Part shown: piece by piece, positions 1 through 7,620 of the stretch
Layout: each line of letters begins with the position of its first letter
Position numbering within the stretch: position 1 is the stretch's first letter
Assembly: GCA_913020725.1 (NCBI GenBank)
Contig: CAJWCD010000045.1
Span: 1-23,659 of the forward strand
Reading direction: 5' to 3'
Length of the DNA: 23,659 nucleotides
Origin: an uncultured Pseudomonadota bacterium
Lineage (GTDB): Bacteria > SAR324 > NAC60-12
Position numbers and translations under genes: made by a program
Notes under the pieces: generated by a model
Told to the model about the DNA's origin: nothing
What the model saw: only the letters and a program-made list of their open reading frames with translations
The model's database searches: none

Positions 1-105
1 CATCGGGGTCCGAAGGGTTTTGCAAGGAATCGCAGGCAATCTCCTTGTTGGGGCGACTCGTGATCTTTTCGCCGTCACATAGTGTCCTTGCAGTATTCTC
101 CTCAT
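1..105 (-). CDS. Possible 5' end of a gene running off the left edge (MRRILQGHYVTAKRSRVAPTRRLPAIPCKTLRTPM...)
   Basis: ATG at 105 with GGAGG 6 nt upstream (116-112) and TATAAT at 145-140 on the minus strand. The frame is open to position 1, where a second in-frame ATG (3-1) could be the true start. Product not recognisable. Confidence 0.3.
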   Translation of the reverse strand, partial: MRRILQGHYVTAKRSRVAPTRRLPAIPCKTLRTPM

Positions 106-189
106 CTCCCCCCTCCGAAAGCTCAAGGTTTCGACTGCCATTATACGACAGATCGACTCCAGAAGGGAAGGTAAATAGCGATCCTGCTG

Positions 190-333
190 CTACCTGGAAT
201 CCTGTTCAGAGTGGGCTTTGGAGTGGTTTTCCAACGATTCCGTTTGGAAGTGGGAGTCCACCAAGTCGAGGACGAAGAGAATGACTCCAATGACCGCGAA
301 GCAGATGAGGTAATTGCGGAGAATACGGGGCAT
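190..333 (-). CDS. Small single-pass membrane protein, 47 aa (MPRILRNYLICFAVIGVILFVLDLVDSHFQTESLENHSKAHSEQDSR)
   Basis: Translated by hand; not in the ORF track. ATG lies 1 nt after the hsp20 stop (TGA-C-ATG). Basic N-terminus, hydrophobic stretch YLICFAVIGVILFVL, polar tail. Confidence 0.55.
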   Translation of the reverse strand: MPRILRNYLICFAVIGVILFVLDLVDSHFQTESLENHSKAHSEQDSR

Positions 334-334
334 G

Positions 335-790
335 TCAATCGTCGAGTAACTTCCGGGAGTCCACCAGATCGGAGGTCGGCAGGGGGACCAATTTCAAACG
401 AATCTGCAAGACACCGTTTTCCAGCACAAACTCGTGCGACTCCACCTGTTGTGCTTCCGGAGTCACGAATTCGCAGCGAAATGCCCCCTTGGGTCGGCTG
501 GAGTGCAGGCAGGCGGTTTCGACCTCCAAGACTTCTGGAAAACACCCCGTGACCACAAGGTGCTGGGCATCCAGCGAAACCTCCAGATCGGACGACAACA
601 CCCCCGGAAGGTCAACGCTCAAAATCAGTTCGCCGTTGCGATGGAAGAGATCGTAGGGCGGATGAAAACGCGTTGGTGCGTTTTCGTCTTCAGCAACGGA
701 AGCTTGCAGCAGTTCCGTGAGTCGCTCATCATTGCTGCGCTTGCGCACCAGCAGTTCATCCAGCGTTTGTGTTAGTGCAGGAACGGGCAT
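335..790 (-). CDS. Hsp20/alpha-crystallin family small heat shock protein
   Basis: PPYDLF...LSVDLPGV...LEVSL...LVVTG...R-x-x-G-x-F-R...ENGVLQIRL matches the alpha-crystallin domain pattern. ATG at 790 preferred over the upstream in-frame TTG at 856. Confidence 0.85.
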   Translation of the reverse strand: MPVPALTQTLDELLVRKRSNDERLTELLQASVAEDENAPTRFHPPYDLFHRNGELILSVDLPGVLSSDLEVSLDAQHLVVTGCFPEVLEVETACLHSSRPKGAFRCEFVTPEAQQVESHEFVLENGVLQIRLKLVPLPTSDLVDSRKLLDD

Positions 791-803
791 GGAATGGAAA
801 CAC

Positions 804-856
804 TTGCAAAACGTCAAAGAAAGTACTAAGTTATCGACTTCCTCTTGCGAATGCAA
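804..856. promoter_or_regulatory. Candidate bidirectional sigma70-type promoter for pgi (+) and hsp20 (-)
   Basis: Plus strand: TTGCAA(804-809)-N17-TAAGTT(827-832). Minus strand: TTGCAT(856-851)-N17-TAACTT(833-828). Confidence 0.4.
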
Positions 857-870
857 CTCCAGAACAGGGT

Positions 871-2475
871 ATGTGCGAGTCTGTTAACGAATGGACCCAT
901 TTTCAGCAATGGTGCCTTGAGATTCCCGAGTTGCAAACCACGCTCGACCTGAGCCGGTCTGGGTTGACGCAGAAGAACCTCGCGGCCTTCGAGCAGCCCT
1001 GTGCCGATGCACTGGCGGGCATGGTTGCGTTGGAAGCAGGTGCGCTTGCAAATCCTGACGAGCAACGGCAGGTGGGGCATTACTGGCTGCGAAATCCAGA
1101 GCTCGCGCCCACCCGCGAGATCATGGAGGACATCCGCAACGCTTGGACCGTACTTGACGAATTCACGCAATCGGTTCATGCCGGAACGCTGGTTTCGTCC
1201 ACGGGCACTCGCTTCCGGAACCTCCTGCTGGTTGGCATCGGCGGATCGGTGTTGGGGCCGCAACTGGTGCATCATGCGTTCCGGACCGCTACGGATCCGC
1301 TGCGGGTTTGGTTTCTCGACAACACCGATCCGGACGGCTTTGATCGAGTGCGCGAAGACCTTGGAACAGACCTCGCCGCAACCCTCGTGGTGGTGGTGTC
1401 CAAATCCGGTGGTACCAAGGAAACCCGCAACGGTATGCTGGAGACACAGGCGTGGTTTGCGGAAGCCGGACTCGACTTTGCGAAACACGCAGTTGCCGTG
1501 ACCGGGGCCGGAAGCGAATTGGACCGCGTGGCTGAAACGCAAAACTGGCTGCGGCGCTTTCCGATGTGGAGTTGGGTGGGTGGGCGCACCTCCGAACTTG
1601 CAGTGGTCGGGTTGCTACCCGCCGCGCTCCAAGGGGTGGACTGGCGGCAGCTCATTGCAGGGGCGCGTGAAATGGACGTGCAAACCCGGAACCCGAAGCT
1701 CGCCAGTAATCCGGCGTTGCTACTCGCAGTCGCGTGGCACCTTGCCGGAGAGGGGCAGGGCAAACGGGCGTTGGTGGTTTTGCCGTACAAGGATCGGCTG
1801 GAACTGTTCGGGCGCTACCTGCAACAGTTGGTAATGGAATCGCTGGGCAAGGCCCGTGACCTGTCCGGGGCGACGGTCCATCAGGGTTTGACGGTTTACG
1901 GGAACAAAGGCTCGACCGATCAGCACGCCTACGTCCAGCAACTCCGGGAGGGTCCGGATGATTGCTTTGTGACCTTCCTTGCGGTGCGGAAAGATCGTCG
2001 GGGCGCAAGCCGGGAGGTAGAACCGGGCATCACGTCTGGAGACTATCTGCACGGCTTCTGGCTGGGAACGCGAGCTGCGCTGACTGAAGCTGGACGCCGC
2101 TCGGTTTCGCTGGTGCTGGACTGCCTCACGCCCCGGACACTGGGGGCGTTGATCGCGCTGTTTGAGCGCACAGTCGGCTACTACGCGGAACTGATCGGCA
2201 TCAACGCCTATCACCAGCCCGGAGTTGAAGCCGGAAAGGTCGCCGCCAACGAAGTGCTGCAACTTCAGCAGAAACTGCTCGGCGTTTTGCGTGACCGTCC
2301 GGCTCAAAACTGGAGTGCGGAAACCCTTGCGGAAACCCTCGGACAACCGCAGTCCGTGGAGTTGGTTTTTCATTTGCTGGAACACTTGGCGGCCAACCAG
2401 CGGCTGCTCCGGGAAGCAGGACAAACCCCGTTTGACGCTACGTTCCGGATCACTGCTCCGGCAACTCCAGCTTGA
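871..2475 (+). CDS. pgi: Glucose-6-phosphate isomerase
   Basis: Motifs GIGGS, SKSGGTKET, VGGRTS, QQLVMESLGK, GSTDQHAYVQQLREG and AYHQPGVEAGK. ATG at 871 chosen because the longer ORF overlaps hsp20. Confidence 0.96.
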   Translation: MCESVNEWTHFQQWCLEIPELQTTLDLSRSGLTQKNLAAFEQPCADALAGMVALEAGALANPDEQRQVGHYWLRNPELAPTREIMEDIRNAWTVLDEFTQSVHAGTLVSSTGTRFRNLLLVGIGGSVLGPQLVHHAFRTATDPLRVWFLDNTDPDGFDRVREDLGTDLAATLVVVVSKSGGTKETRNGMLETQAWFAEAGLDFAKHAVAVTGAGSELDRVAETQNWLRRFPMWSWVGGRTSELAVVGLLPAALQGVDWRQLIAGAREMDVQTRNPKLASNPALLLAVAWHLAGEGQGKRALVVLPYKDRLELFGRYLQQLVMESLGKARDLSGATVHQGLTVYGNKGSTDQHAYVQQLREGPDDCFVTFLAVRKDRRGASREVEPGITSGDYLHGFWLGTRAALTEAGRRSVSLVLDCLTPRTLGALIALFERTVGYYAELIGINAYHQPGVEAGKVAANEVLQLQQKLLGVLRDRPAQNWSAETLAETLGQPQSVELVFHLLEHLAANQRLLREAGQTPFDATFRITAPATPA

Positions 2476-3247
2476 TGATTTGGTGCTGGGTTTTGTCTTC
2501 GTGGAATTCCAGCAGATGGTGTGGAGGTGCGGCGGCAAGGACAAGCGTGAACTCGGATTTCTCCTTGGGAAGCAAGGCGCGCAGGGTCCACGAATCCGGG
2601 TAGAGCCGTAGCGTGTGGGCCTCGTGGGTGCCAATGCGAGTGTTGAAGGCTCCGGAACGTTCGCGCACCACACGCATCTGCACCAAGCTCATAGACTGCG
2701 GCAAAACCCCGGATTCGAGTTCGATGGCAAGTGCGGGCAGGTAGAGCGTGAAGACGAACGGCTCGTTGCTTGAGGCGTTGAGGATGATTCCAAGCTGCTT
2801 GCGGAGGTAGTCGAAAACAAAATCGAACGCCGCAAAGCGTTCGCGAGGTGCCTCCAACTCAAACGCCCGGGATGCGCTCCTGTGCCGAAGTTCGGTGCGG
2901 ATGAAACCGGAACCGTAGGTGTTGGTGATGAGCAGGTTTTCACGGAGGTCTTCTTCCTCATAGCGCAGTGGTTCTCCGCTTTTGGCATCAAACCAAAGCC
3001 GCTTGCGAGAGAAGGCTTCGCCGTCCGGATCGGTGTTTTCACTGCGCTCGATAAGGCATTCCCGTCCATCGCAGGATACCACCGCATAGTGCAGGTGGGT
3101 GAAGCCCGTGACTTGCTGACGCTCCACATTCCAGTGCTGGTAGCTCAGGCGGGTTCCGTGAACCGGGAGCAAGGCTTGGGCGCTGGTGATTTTTGCAGGC
3201 ACCCCCAACATGCCAAGCATGAAGAGTCCGAGGACGCAGTGTTTCAC
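2450..3247 (-). CDS. Exported hypothetical protein, 265 aa, predicted beta-rich (loosely DUF3108-like)
   Basis: GTG at 3247 with GAGG upstream; signal-peptide-like MKHCVLGLFMLGMLGVPAKITSAQA. Alternating-polarity strands and a late GAFNTRIGTHEA segment. The family assignment is a guess. Confidence 0.7.
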   Translation of the reverse strand: MKHCVLGLFMLGMLGVPAKITSAQALLPVHGTRLSYQHWNVERQQVTGFTHLHYAVVSCDGRECLIERSENTDPDGEAFSRKRLWFDAKSGEPLRYEEEDLRENLLITNTYGSGFIRTELRHRSASRAFELEAPRERFAAFDFVFDYLRKQLGIILNASSNEPFVFTLYLPALAIELESGVLPQSMSLVQMRVVRERSGAFNTRIGTHEAHTLRLYPDSWTLRALLPKEKSEFTLVLAAAPPHHLLEFHEDKTQHQIIKLELPEQ

Positions 3248-3251
3248 AGCC

Positions 3252-3473
3252 TCAGTCCGTGAGCTTGACCAGCCGGTTGCGGTAGGCGGTCTGAAACGAG
3301 TACTTGGGAAGTTCCGGTTCATCCTCGGAGGTGTACCAAAATGCGGAATTCTCGGAATCCACATGGAGGATCGTGAAGACGCGACCAGTGTGTTCCTCCG
3401 GACTACCGTACAATACCCGGTCGTTCACTCGGAGGGGCTTGCCATCGCGGTCTAGAAATTCAGTGGTGGTCAT
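3252..3473 (-). CDS. Small hypothetical protein, 73 aa, possible SH3-like barrel
   Basis: MTTTEFLDRDGKPLRVNDRVLY...GRVFTILHVD resembles D-x-x-G-x-x-hydrophobic-x-x-G/N-D-x-V starts of small beta-barrels. Fills the gap between co-oriented genes and ends 4 nt before the next start. Alternative start at 3494. Confidence 0.6.
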   Translation of the reverse strand: MTTTEFLDRDGKPLRVNDRVLYGSPEEHTGRVFTILHVDSENSAFWYTSEDEPELPKYSFQTAYRNRLVKLTD

Positions 3474-3498
3474 ACTGGATGGTGGTGTGCACAAATGT

Positions 3499-3687
3499 TC
3501 AGTCGTACGCTCCTTCGCATTTGCGACAGAGCGGGTCGCGCTTGCGCATCATGGAGGGTCGGGACATGCAACGCCGGCAAACCACCTCGTCACAGCGAAC
3601 GCAAATGAGGACGTGCGACTGAAATCGGCTCAGCGGAAATCCGCAGAGAAAACAGGCTTCCGAAGGGGTACGGTGGACTTCCAGCAT
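3499..3687 (-). CDS. Cys8 double zinc-finger protein, 62 aa, FYVE-like spacing
   Basis: CFLC-x13-CVRC-x4-CRRC-x13-CRKC; four CxxC pairs in a 62-aa ORF occupying otherwise empty space. Confidence 0.7.
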   Translation of the reverse strand: MLEVHRTPSEACFLCGFPLSRFQSHVLICVRCDEVVCRRCMSRPSMMRKRDPLCRKCEGAYD

Positions 3688-3733
3688 GAGTGCAGTGGCA
3701 GAGAGATCAATTGAATTACCATACGAATCCTTG

Positions 3734-5098
3734 ATGGGACTTGCAAAACCAAAGCAGCACCACCCTCGACTCCGCAGGCAAAACGACGCAACGATTTCGG
3801 TAAGGGAGCAGGTGCTGGCCGACTTTGGCGCGTTCCAGCAATCGGGGCACTGGAACCCGAATCCTTCTGGAAAACTGGGAGACGAGCGCGACCGCCGGCT
3901 CTATACGCAACTCCTGCAAGGCTTGGCGCGGCACCATCGACTGCTGGAAACCGTGGTACAGGAACGTCTGCATCACGGCATCCAGCTGAAACCGGAAATC
4001 GCTGCAGCCCTTGCACTAGGGGTGTTCGAACTGTTGCACATGGAGCGGATTCCGGCTCATGCTACACTCAACGAACTCGTGGGAGTGGTCCGTCAGCAGT
4101 CAGGCACCGCTCCCTCCCGGTTGGTAAACGGAGTCCTGCGCAACCTCCAGCGCGACTTGGAATCCGACAAACCCGTTCCGGGAGAACAACCGTTGGCCAT
4201 TCGCACCTCCCATCCGGACTGGATGGTTGAGCGTTGGATACAAAATTACGGGGCAGAACAAGCTGTGCAGATTTGCGAAGCAAACAATCGCTTTTCCGGA
4301 ATCACAATCTGTCCGGGCCTTGGGTTGAGCGGGGCAGAGTTGCAGCAATCGCTTGCAAAAGAGGGTGTGTCAGCCGCGCCCCATTCCCGGGTTCCGGAGG
4401 CACTACTCGTAGAGCAAGCGGCGAGCCTTTGGGAAACTCGTGCCTACGAGGAAGGTCGGTTCTGGGTGCAGGACACCTCCTCGCAGGTCATCACCCATCT
4501 GCTGGCCGAACGACTGGAGGGGTCGGTGCTCGATGTCTGCGCAGCTCCGGGAGGAAAATCCCTCGGACTGGTGCGTAACGGCGTACGTTTGCAAGCGGTC
4601 TGCGACCTCTCGACAAGGCGGATGCGGCGGGTGCGGAACAATTTTGAACGTTGCCAAGTGCCATGCCCCCCGCTGCTGGTAGCAGACGGAACCACCCTGC
4701 CGCTACCTGATGACTCAGTCGATGCGGTGTTGCTCGATGTTCCGTGTTCGGCGACAGGGACGATTCGCAAGAACCCGGACATCAAGTGGACCTGCAGCGC
4801 AACAGAATTACTGAATTGGCGGCCACTCCAAAGCCAGCTTCTGCACGAAGCGGCACGAGTGGTGCGGCCTAGAGGCGTGATCGCCTATGCAACTTGCTCG
4901 CTTGAACCGGAAGAGAATGTCCGGCAAGTTCAAACTTTTTTGGAGGAGATGCCCAAGTTCGTGCTTGAGCCTTGGTCCGTCAGCAAACCCCTGCCCTCCG
5001 CTTGGGCGTGCTGGGAAACCCGTGAGGGGGCTTGGCAAATGCTGCCGGACGACACGACGATGGGATTTTATGCCGCATTTTTGCGGTGTGCCACATAA
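3734..5098 (+). CDS. rsmB: 16S rRNA m5C967 methyltransferase RsmB/Sun with N-terminal NusB-like domain
   Basis: NusB-like LVNGVLRN; SHPDWMVERW; VQDTSSQ; SAM motif DVCAAPGGKS; catalytic DVPCSATG and YATCS. Start uncertain (3686 or 3734). Confidence 0.92.
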   Translation: MGLAKPKQHHPRLRRQNDATISVREQVLADFGAFQQSGHWNPNPSGKLGDERDRRLYTQLLQGLARHHRLLETVVQERLHHGIQLKPEIAAALALGVFELLHMERIPAHATLNELVGVVRQQSGTAPSRLVNGVLRNLQRDLESDKPVPGEQPLAIRTSHPDWMVERWIQNYGAEQAVQICEANNRFSGITICPGLGLSGAELQQSLAKEGVSAAPHSRVPEALLVEQAASLWETRAYEEGRFWVQDTSSQVITHLLAERLEGSVLDVCAAPGGKSLGLVRNGVRLQAVCDLSTRRMRRVRNNFERCQVPCPPLLVADGTTLPLPDDSVDAVLLDVPCSATGTIRKNPDIKWTCSATELLNWRPLQSQLLHEAARVVRPRGVIAYATCSLEPEENVRQVQTFLEEMPKFVLEPWSVSKPLPSAWACWETREGAWQMLPDDTTMGFYAAFLRCAT

Positions 5099-5099
5099 A

Positions 5100-5116
5100 T
5101 TGGAATTTTTCTTGCT
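5100..5116 (+). promoter_or_regulatory. Sigma54 (-24/-12) promoter candidate upstream of dksA-fliR
   Basis: TTGGAATTTTTCTTGCT has GG(5102-5103)-N10-GC(5114-5115) with a full TTGCT -12 element. An overlapping sigma70-like TTGCTA(5112-5117)-N16-TATATT(5134-5139) is also present. Confidence 0.5.
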
Positions 5117-5174
5117 ACAGGATATAGCCTCGCTATATTGTGTGGCACCCTGAACCATTCAGAACCAAGATCGA

Positions 5175-5567
5175 ATGGAAGAGATCAAACAAAAGCTCCA
5201 GGAGGAAAAGAAACAGATCCTCATGGAATTACAGACGCAAAGAGCGTTCAACCAAGACGACTTCCGCAAGGATGTGGGGGACGAGGTGGACAGCTCTGTG
5301 AATGAGCAAGCACGCGAACTGAGCCTGCTCATGCGTGACCGCAATCGCGATCGCCTGGAGGCGATTGAGGAGGCGATCCAGCGGATGCAAACCGGAGACT
5401 ACGGTTTTTGCGAGGAATGCGGGGATCCCATTCCCAAGCGGCGCTTGATCGCCATGCCGTTGGCGCGGATGTGCGTGAACTGCCAGCAGGACCAGGAGCG
5501 GGCGAACACCGCCCTGAGCGCGACCTCAAGCACCATGTATCTCAACTCCCTGCCGCCCGAGAACTGA
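5175..5567 (+). CDS. dksA: DksA/TraR family C4 zinc-finger RNA polymerase-binding protein
   Basis: Coiled coil with acidic tip GDEVDSS (DxxD), then GDYGFCEECGDPIPKRRLIAMPLARMCVNCQ. Confidence 0.9.
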   Translation: MEEIKQKLQEEKKQILMELQTQRAFNQDDFRKDVGDEVDSSVNEQARELSLLMRDRNRDRLEAIEEAIQRMQTGDYGFCEECGDPIPKRRLIAMPLARMCVNCQQDQERANTALSATSSTMYLNSLPPEN

Positions 5568-5611
5568 GCGGCAACCGGAACTCAGTTCCGGAGGGGCTGA
5601 ACTACTCAGCC

Positions 5612-6406
5612 ATGGCAGACCTGCTCAACTACGACGCGGCCCAGCTTCTGGTGTTCATTCTGGTGCTGGTGCGCGTCAGTGGCATCATTGCCACCGCCCC
5701 TGTGCTCGGCAGCAATTCGATACCGATGCAGGTGCGCGTGGTGCTGGCCCTCGTGCTGGCCCTGATCCTCCAGCCCTTCACGCCAGCCCTCATCGTTCAT
5801 CCAGATCAGCCCTCGGAGTATCTGCTGCTCATTGCCGGGGAACTGCTCATTGGACTGGTGCTGGGCATGGTTGGGCAAATCCTTTTTGCCGCCGTTGAGT
5901 TCGCTGGAACGGTGGTCGGTTTCCAGATGGGCTTGAGCATGGCCAATGTCTTCGACCCCCAATCGCAAGCACAGATCTCGCTGATTGGGCAGTTCGAGCG
6001 CATTTTTGCCACCCTGATTTTTGTAGCGATGGACGGACACCTTGTTGTGGTGCAGGCCATCGTCCGCAGCTACGACCTGCTGCCTCCGGGTGGGGCGAGC
6101 TTCAGTGATTCGCTTACACAGGAAATGATCCGTTTGTCTGCCGGAGTGTTCACACTGGGTTTCCAGCTTGGCGCTCCACTCATCACTGCGCTTTTCTTGG
6201 CCAACCTGACGATGGCATTGCTGGCCCGCTCCGTGCCCCAGATTCAGATCTTTATTGTCGGTTTCCCCCTCACCCTGTTGTTGGGCTTCATGGTGCTCAT
6301 GTTTAGTGTCCCGTTTTTTGCTCAAGCTCTCCACCGCATGTTTGAGATGTATGATGATCAACTGCTCAACATGCTACGCATCCTTGCCCTGCCAGGTGCT
6401 CCCTAA
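5612..6406 (+). CDS. fliR: Flagellar export gate protein FliR
   Basis: Multi-TM protein with RVSG...APVL, AGTVVGFQMGL...VFDP, MDGHL and RSVPQIQIFIVGFP; lies directly before flhB. Confidence 0.95.
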   Translation: MADLLNYDAAQLLVFILVLVRVSGIIATAPVLGSNSIPMQVRVVLALVLALILQPFTPALIVHPDQPSEYLLLIAGELLIGLVLGMVGQILFAAVEFAGTVVGFQMGLSMANVFDPQSQAQISLIGQFERIFATLIFVAMDGHLVVVQAIVRSYDLLPPGGASFSDSLTQEMIRLSAGVFTLGFQLGAPLITALFLANLTMALLARSVPQIQIFIVGFPLTLLLGFMVLMFSVPFFAQALHRMFEMYDDQLLNMLRILALPGAP

Positions 6407-6412
6407 CTTCAG

Positions 6413-7480
6413 ATGGCCGAACAGCAAGGACAGGAAAAAACCGAGCAGCCGACCGAACGTAAGCGGCAGAAAGCACGGGACGAGGGGCAAGCTACCTTCA
6501 GCAAGGAGTTGTCCTCCGCTGCCCTGCTGGGCGCCGCGACCCTCACTCTCTACTTCGCCAGTGATTTGTTCCTAGATGAAGTCCGGGGACTGATGCATGG
6601 GAGTTTCACTGAACTGCGCCCCGGACAGGATTTCACGATCACGCTACTCTACCGGATTTTGGGGGATGCGTTTTCGACAGTTGCTCCGGTGCTGTTGCTC
6701 TTGTCTGTCGTGATTGTATCAGTCGCCTTTCTCAGTTCTGTGATTCAAGTCGGGTTCCGATTCACCCTCAAGCCGCTCGCGCCCAAGTTCTCCAAGATCA
6801 GTCCGCTCACGGGGATCAAGCGGCTCTTCTCCACGCAAGGACTGGCGGAGTTGGTCAAGAGCTTGGCCAAACTCACAATCATCGGGCTGATCGGCTATTT
6901 CACCTTCGTTGATCTGCTGAGAGAGGCGAACGGTCTTGCCGTGCTGCCTCAGGAGGCGATCATCATCTTCAACTTCAAAGCCGGAGCAGAGATCACGGGG
7001 AAGATCGTACTCGCACTCTTTGGCCTCTCCGTCTTCGATTACTTCTACCAGCGCTGGCAGCAGGAGCAGCAGATCAAGATGACCAAGCAGGAGGTGAGGG
7101 AGGAGACCAAGGAGACAGAAGGGGATCCACAACTCAAGGCCCGCATTCGTCAGATTCAACGTGAGATGTCCAATGCGCGGATGATGCAGGAAGTGCCCAA
7201 GGCGGATGCCCTCGTGGTCAACCCGACCCACTTCTCTGTGGCCCTGCTTTACGACCGGGACGTGATGGAGGCCCCACAGGTGATTGCCAAGGGTGCGGAT
7301 TTTCTGGCACTGCGGATGCGGACCATCGCCAACGAGAACGCGGTGCCGATTGTAGAAAAACCTGCTTTGGCGCGTGAATTGTACGCCTCTGTTGAGATTG
7401 GGGAACCGATCCCGGAACGCCTCTTCAAAGTGATTGCCGAAATCCTTGCCCAAATTTACCGATTACGGCCACAACGCTGA
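6413..7480 (+). CDS. flhB: Flagellar export switch protein FlhB
   Basis: EKTEQPTERKRQKARDEGQ, KMTKQEVREETKETEGDP and the NPTH autocleavage motif. Confidence 0.97.
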   Translation: MAEQQGQEKTEQPTERKRQKARDEGQATFSKELSSAALLGAATLTLYFASDLFLDEVRGLMHGSFTELRPGQDFTITLLYRILGDAFSTVAPVLLLLSVVIVSVAFLSSVIQVGFRFTLKPLAPKFSKISPLTGIKRLFSTQGLAELVKSLAKLTIIGLIGYFTFVDLLREANGLAVLPQEAIIIFNFKAGAEITGKIVLALFGLSVFDYFYQRWQQEQQIKMTKQEVREETKETEGDPQLKARIRQIQREMSNARMMQEVPKADALVVNPTHFSVALLYDRDVMEAPQVIAKGADFLALRMRTIANENAVPIVEKPALARELYASVEIGEPIPERLFKVIAEILAQIYRLRPQR

Positions 7481-7620
7481 GCACCGCGTCTTCATGAAAG
7501 TCGCTTCGGGCTTGATCTTTCTTACCGGAAACGTCAGATTGCGCTGAACCCAGATTCGGCGGTCATCGGAAGACCCAACTGAACAGGCCCATGTGGCCCA
7601 CCTTTGCCTAAGGACCAGCC

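Noticed and set aside
30..85. ZTP-riboswitch-like words (GUGAC-GGCGAA...GCCUG) on the minus strand
   Set aside because: The P2 stem and GGGGAGC segment are missing; the resemblance is too weak.
826..2673. Long antisense/alternate-frame ORFs over pgi (826-1542, 1720-2673) and similar ones over fliR, flhB, flhA, dapB and the protease
   Set aside because: Shadow ORFs of clearly identified genes in GC-rich DNA; no recognisable domains.
5143..5157. TGGCAC upstream of dksA as a sigma54 -24 box
   Set aside because: No GC at the -12 position; the 5100-5116 motif fits better.
7594..7608. TGGCCCACCTTTGCC sigma54-like motif before flhA
   Set aside because: GG-GC spacing is 9 rather than the required 10, and it lies too close to the start codon.
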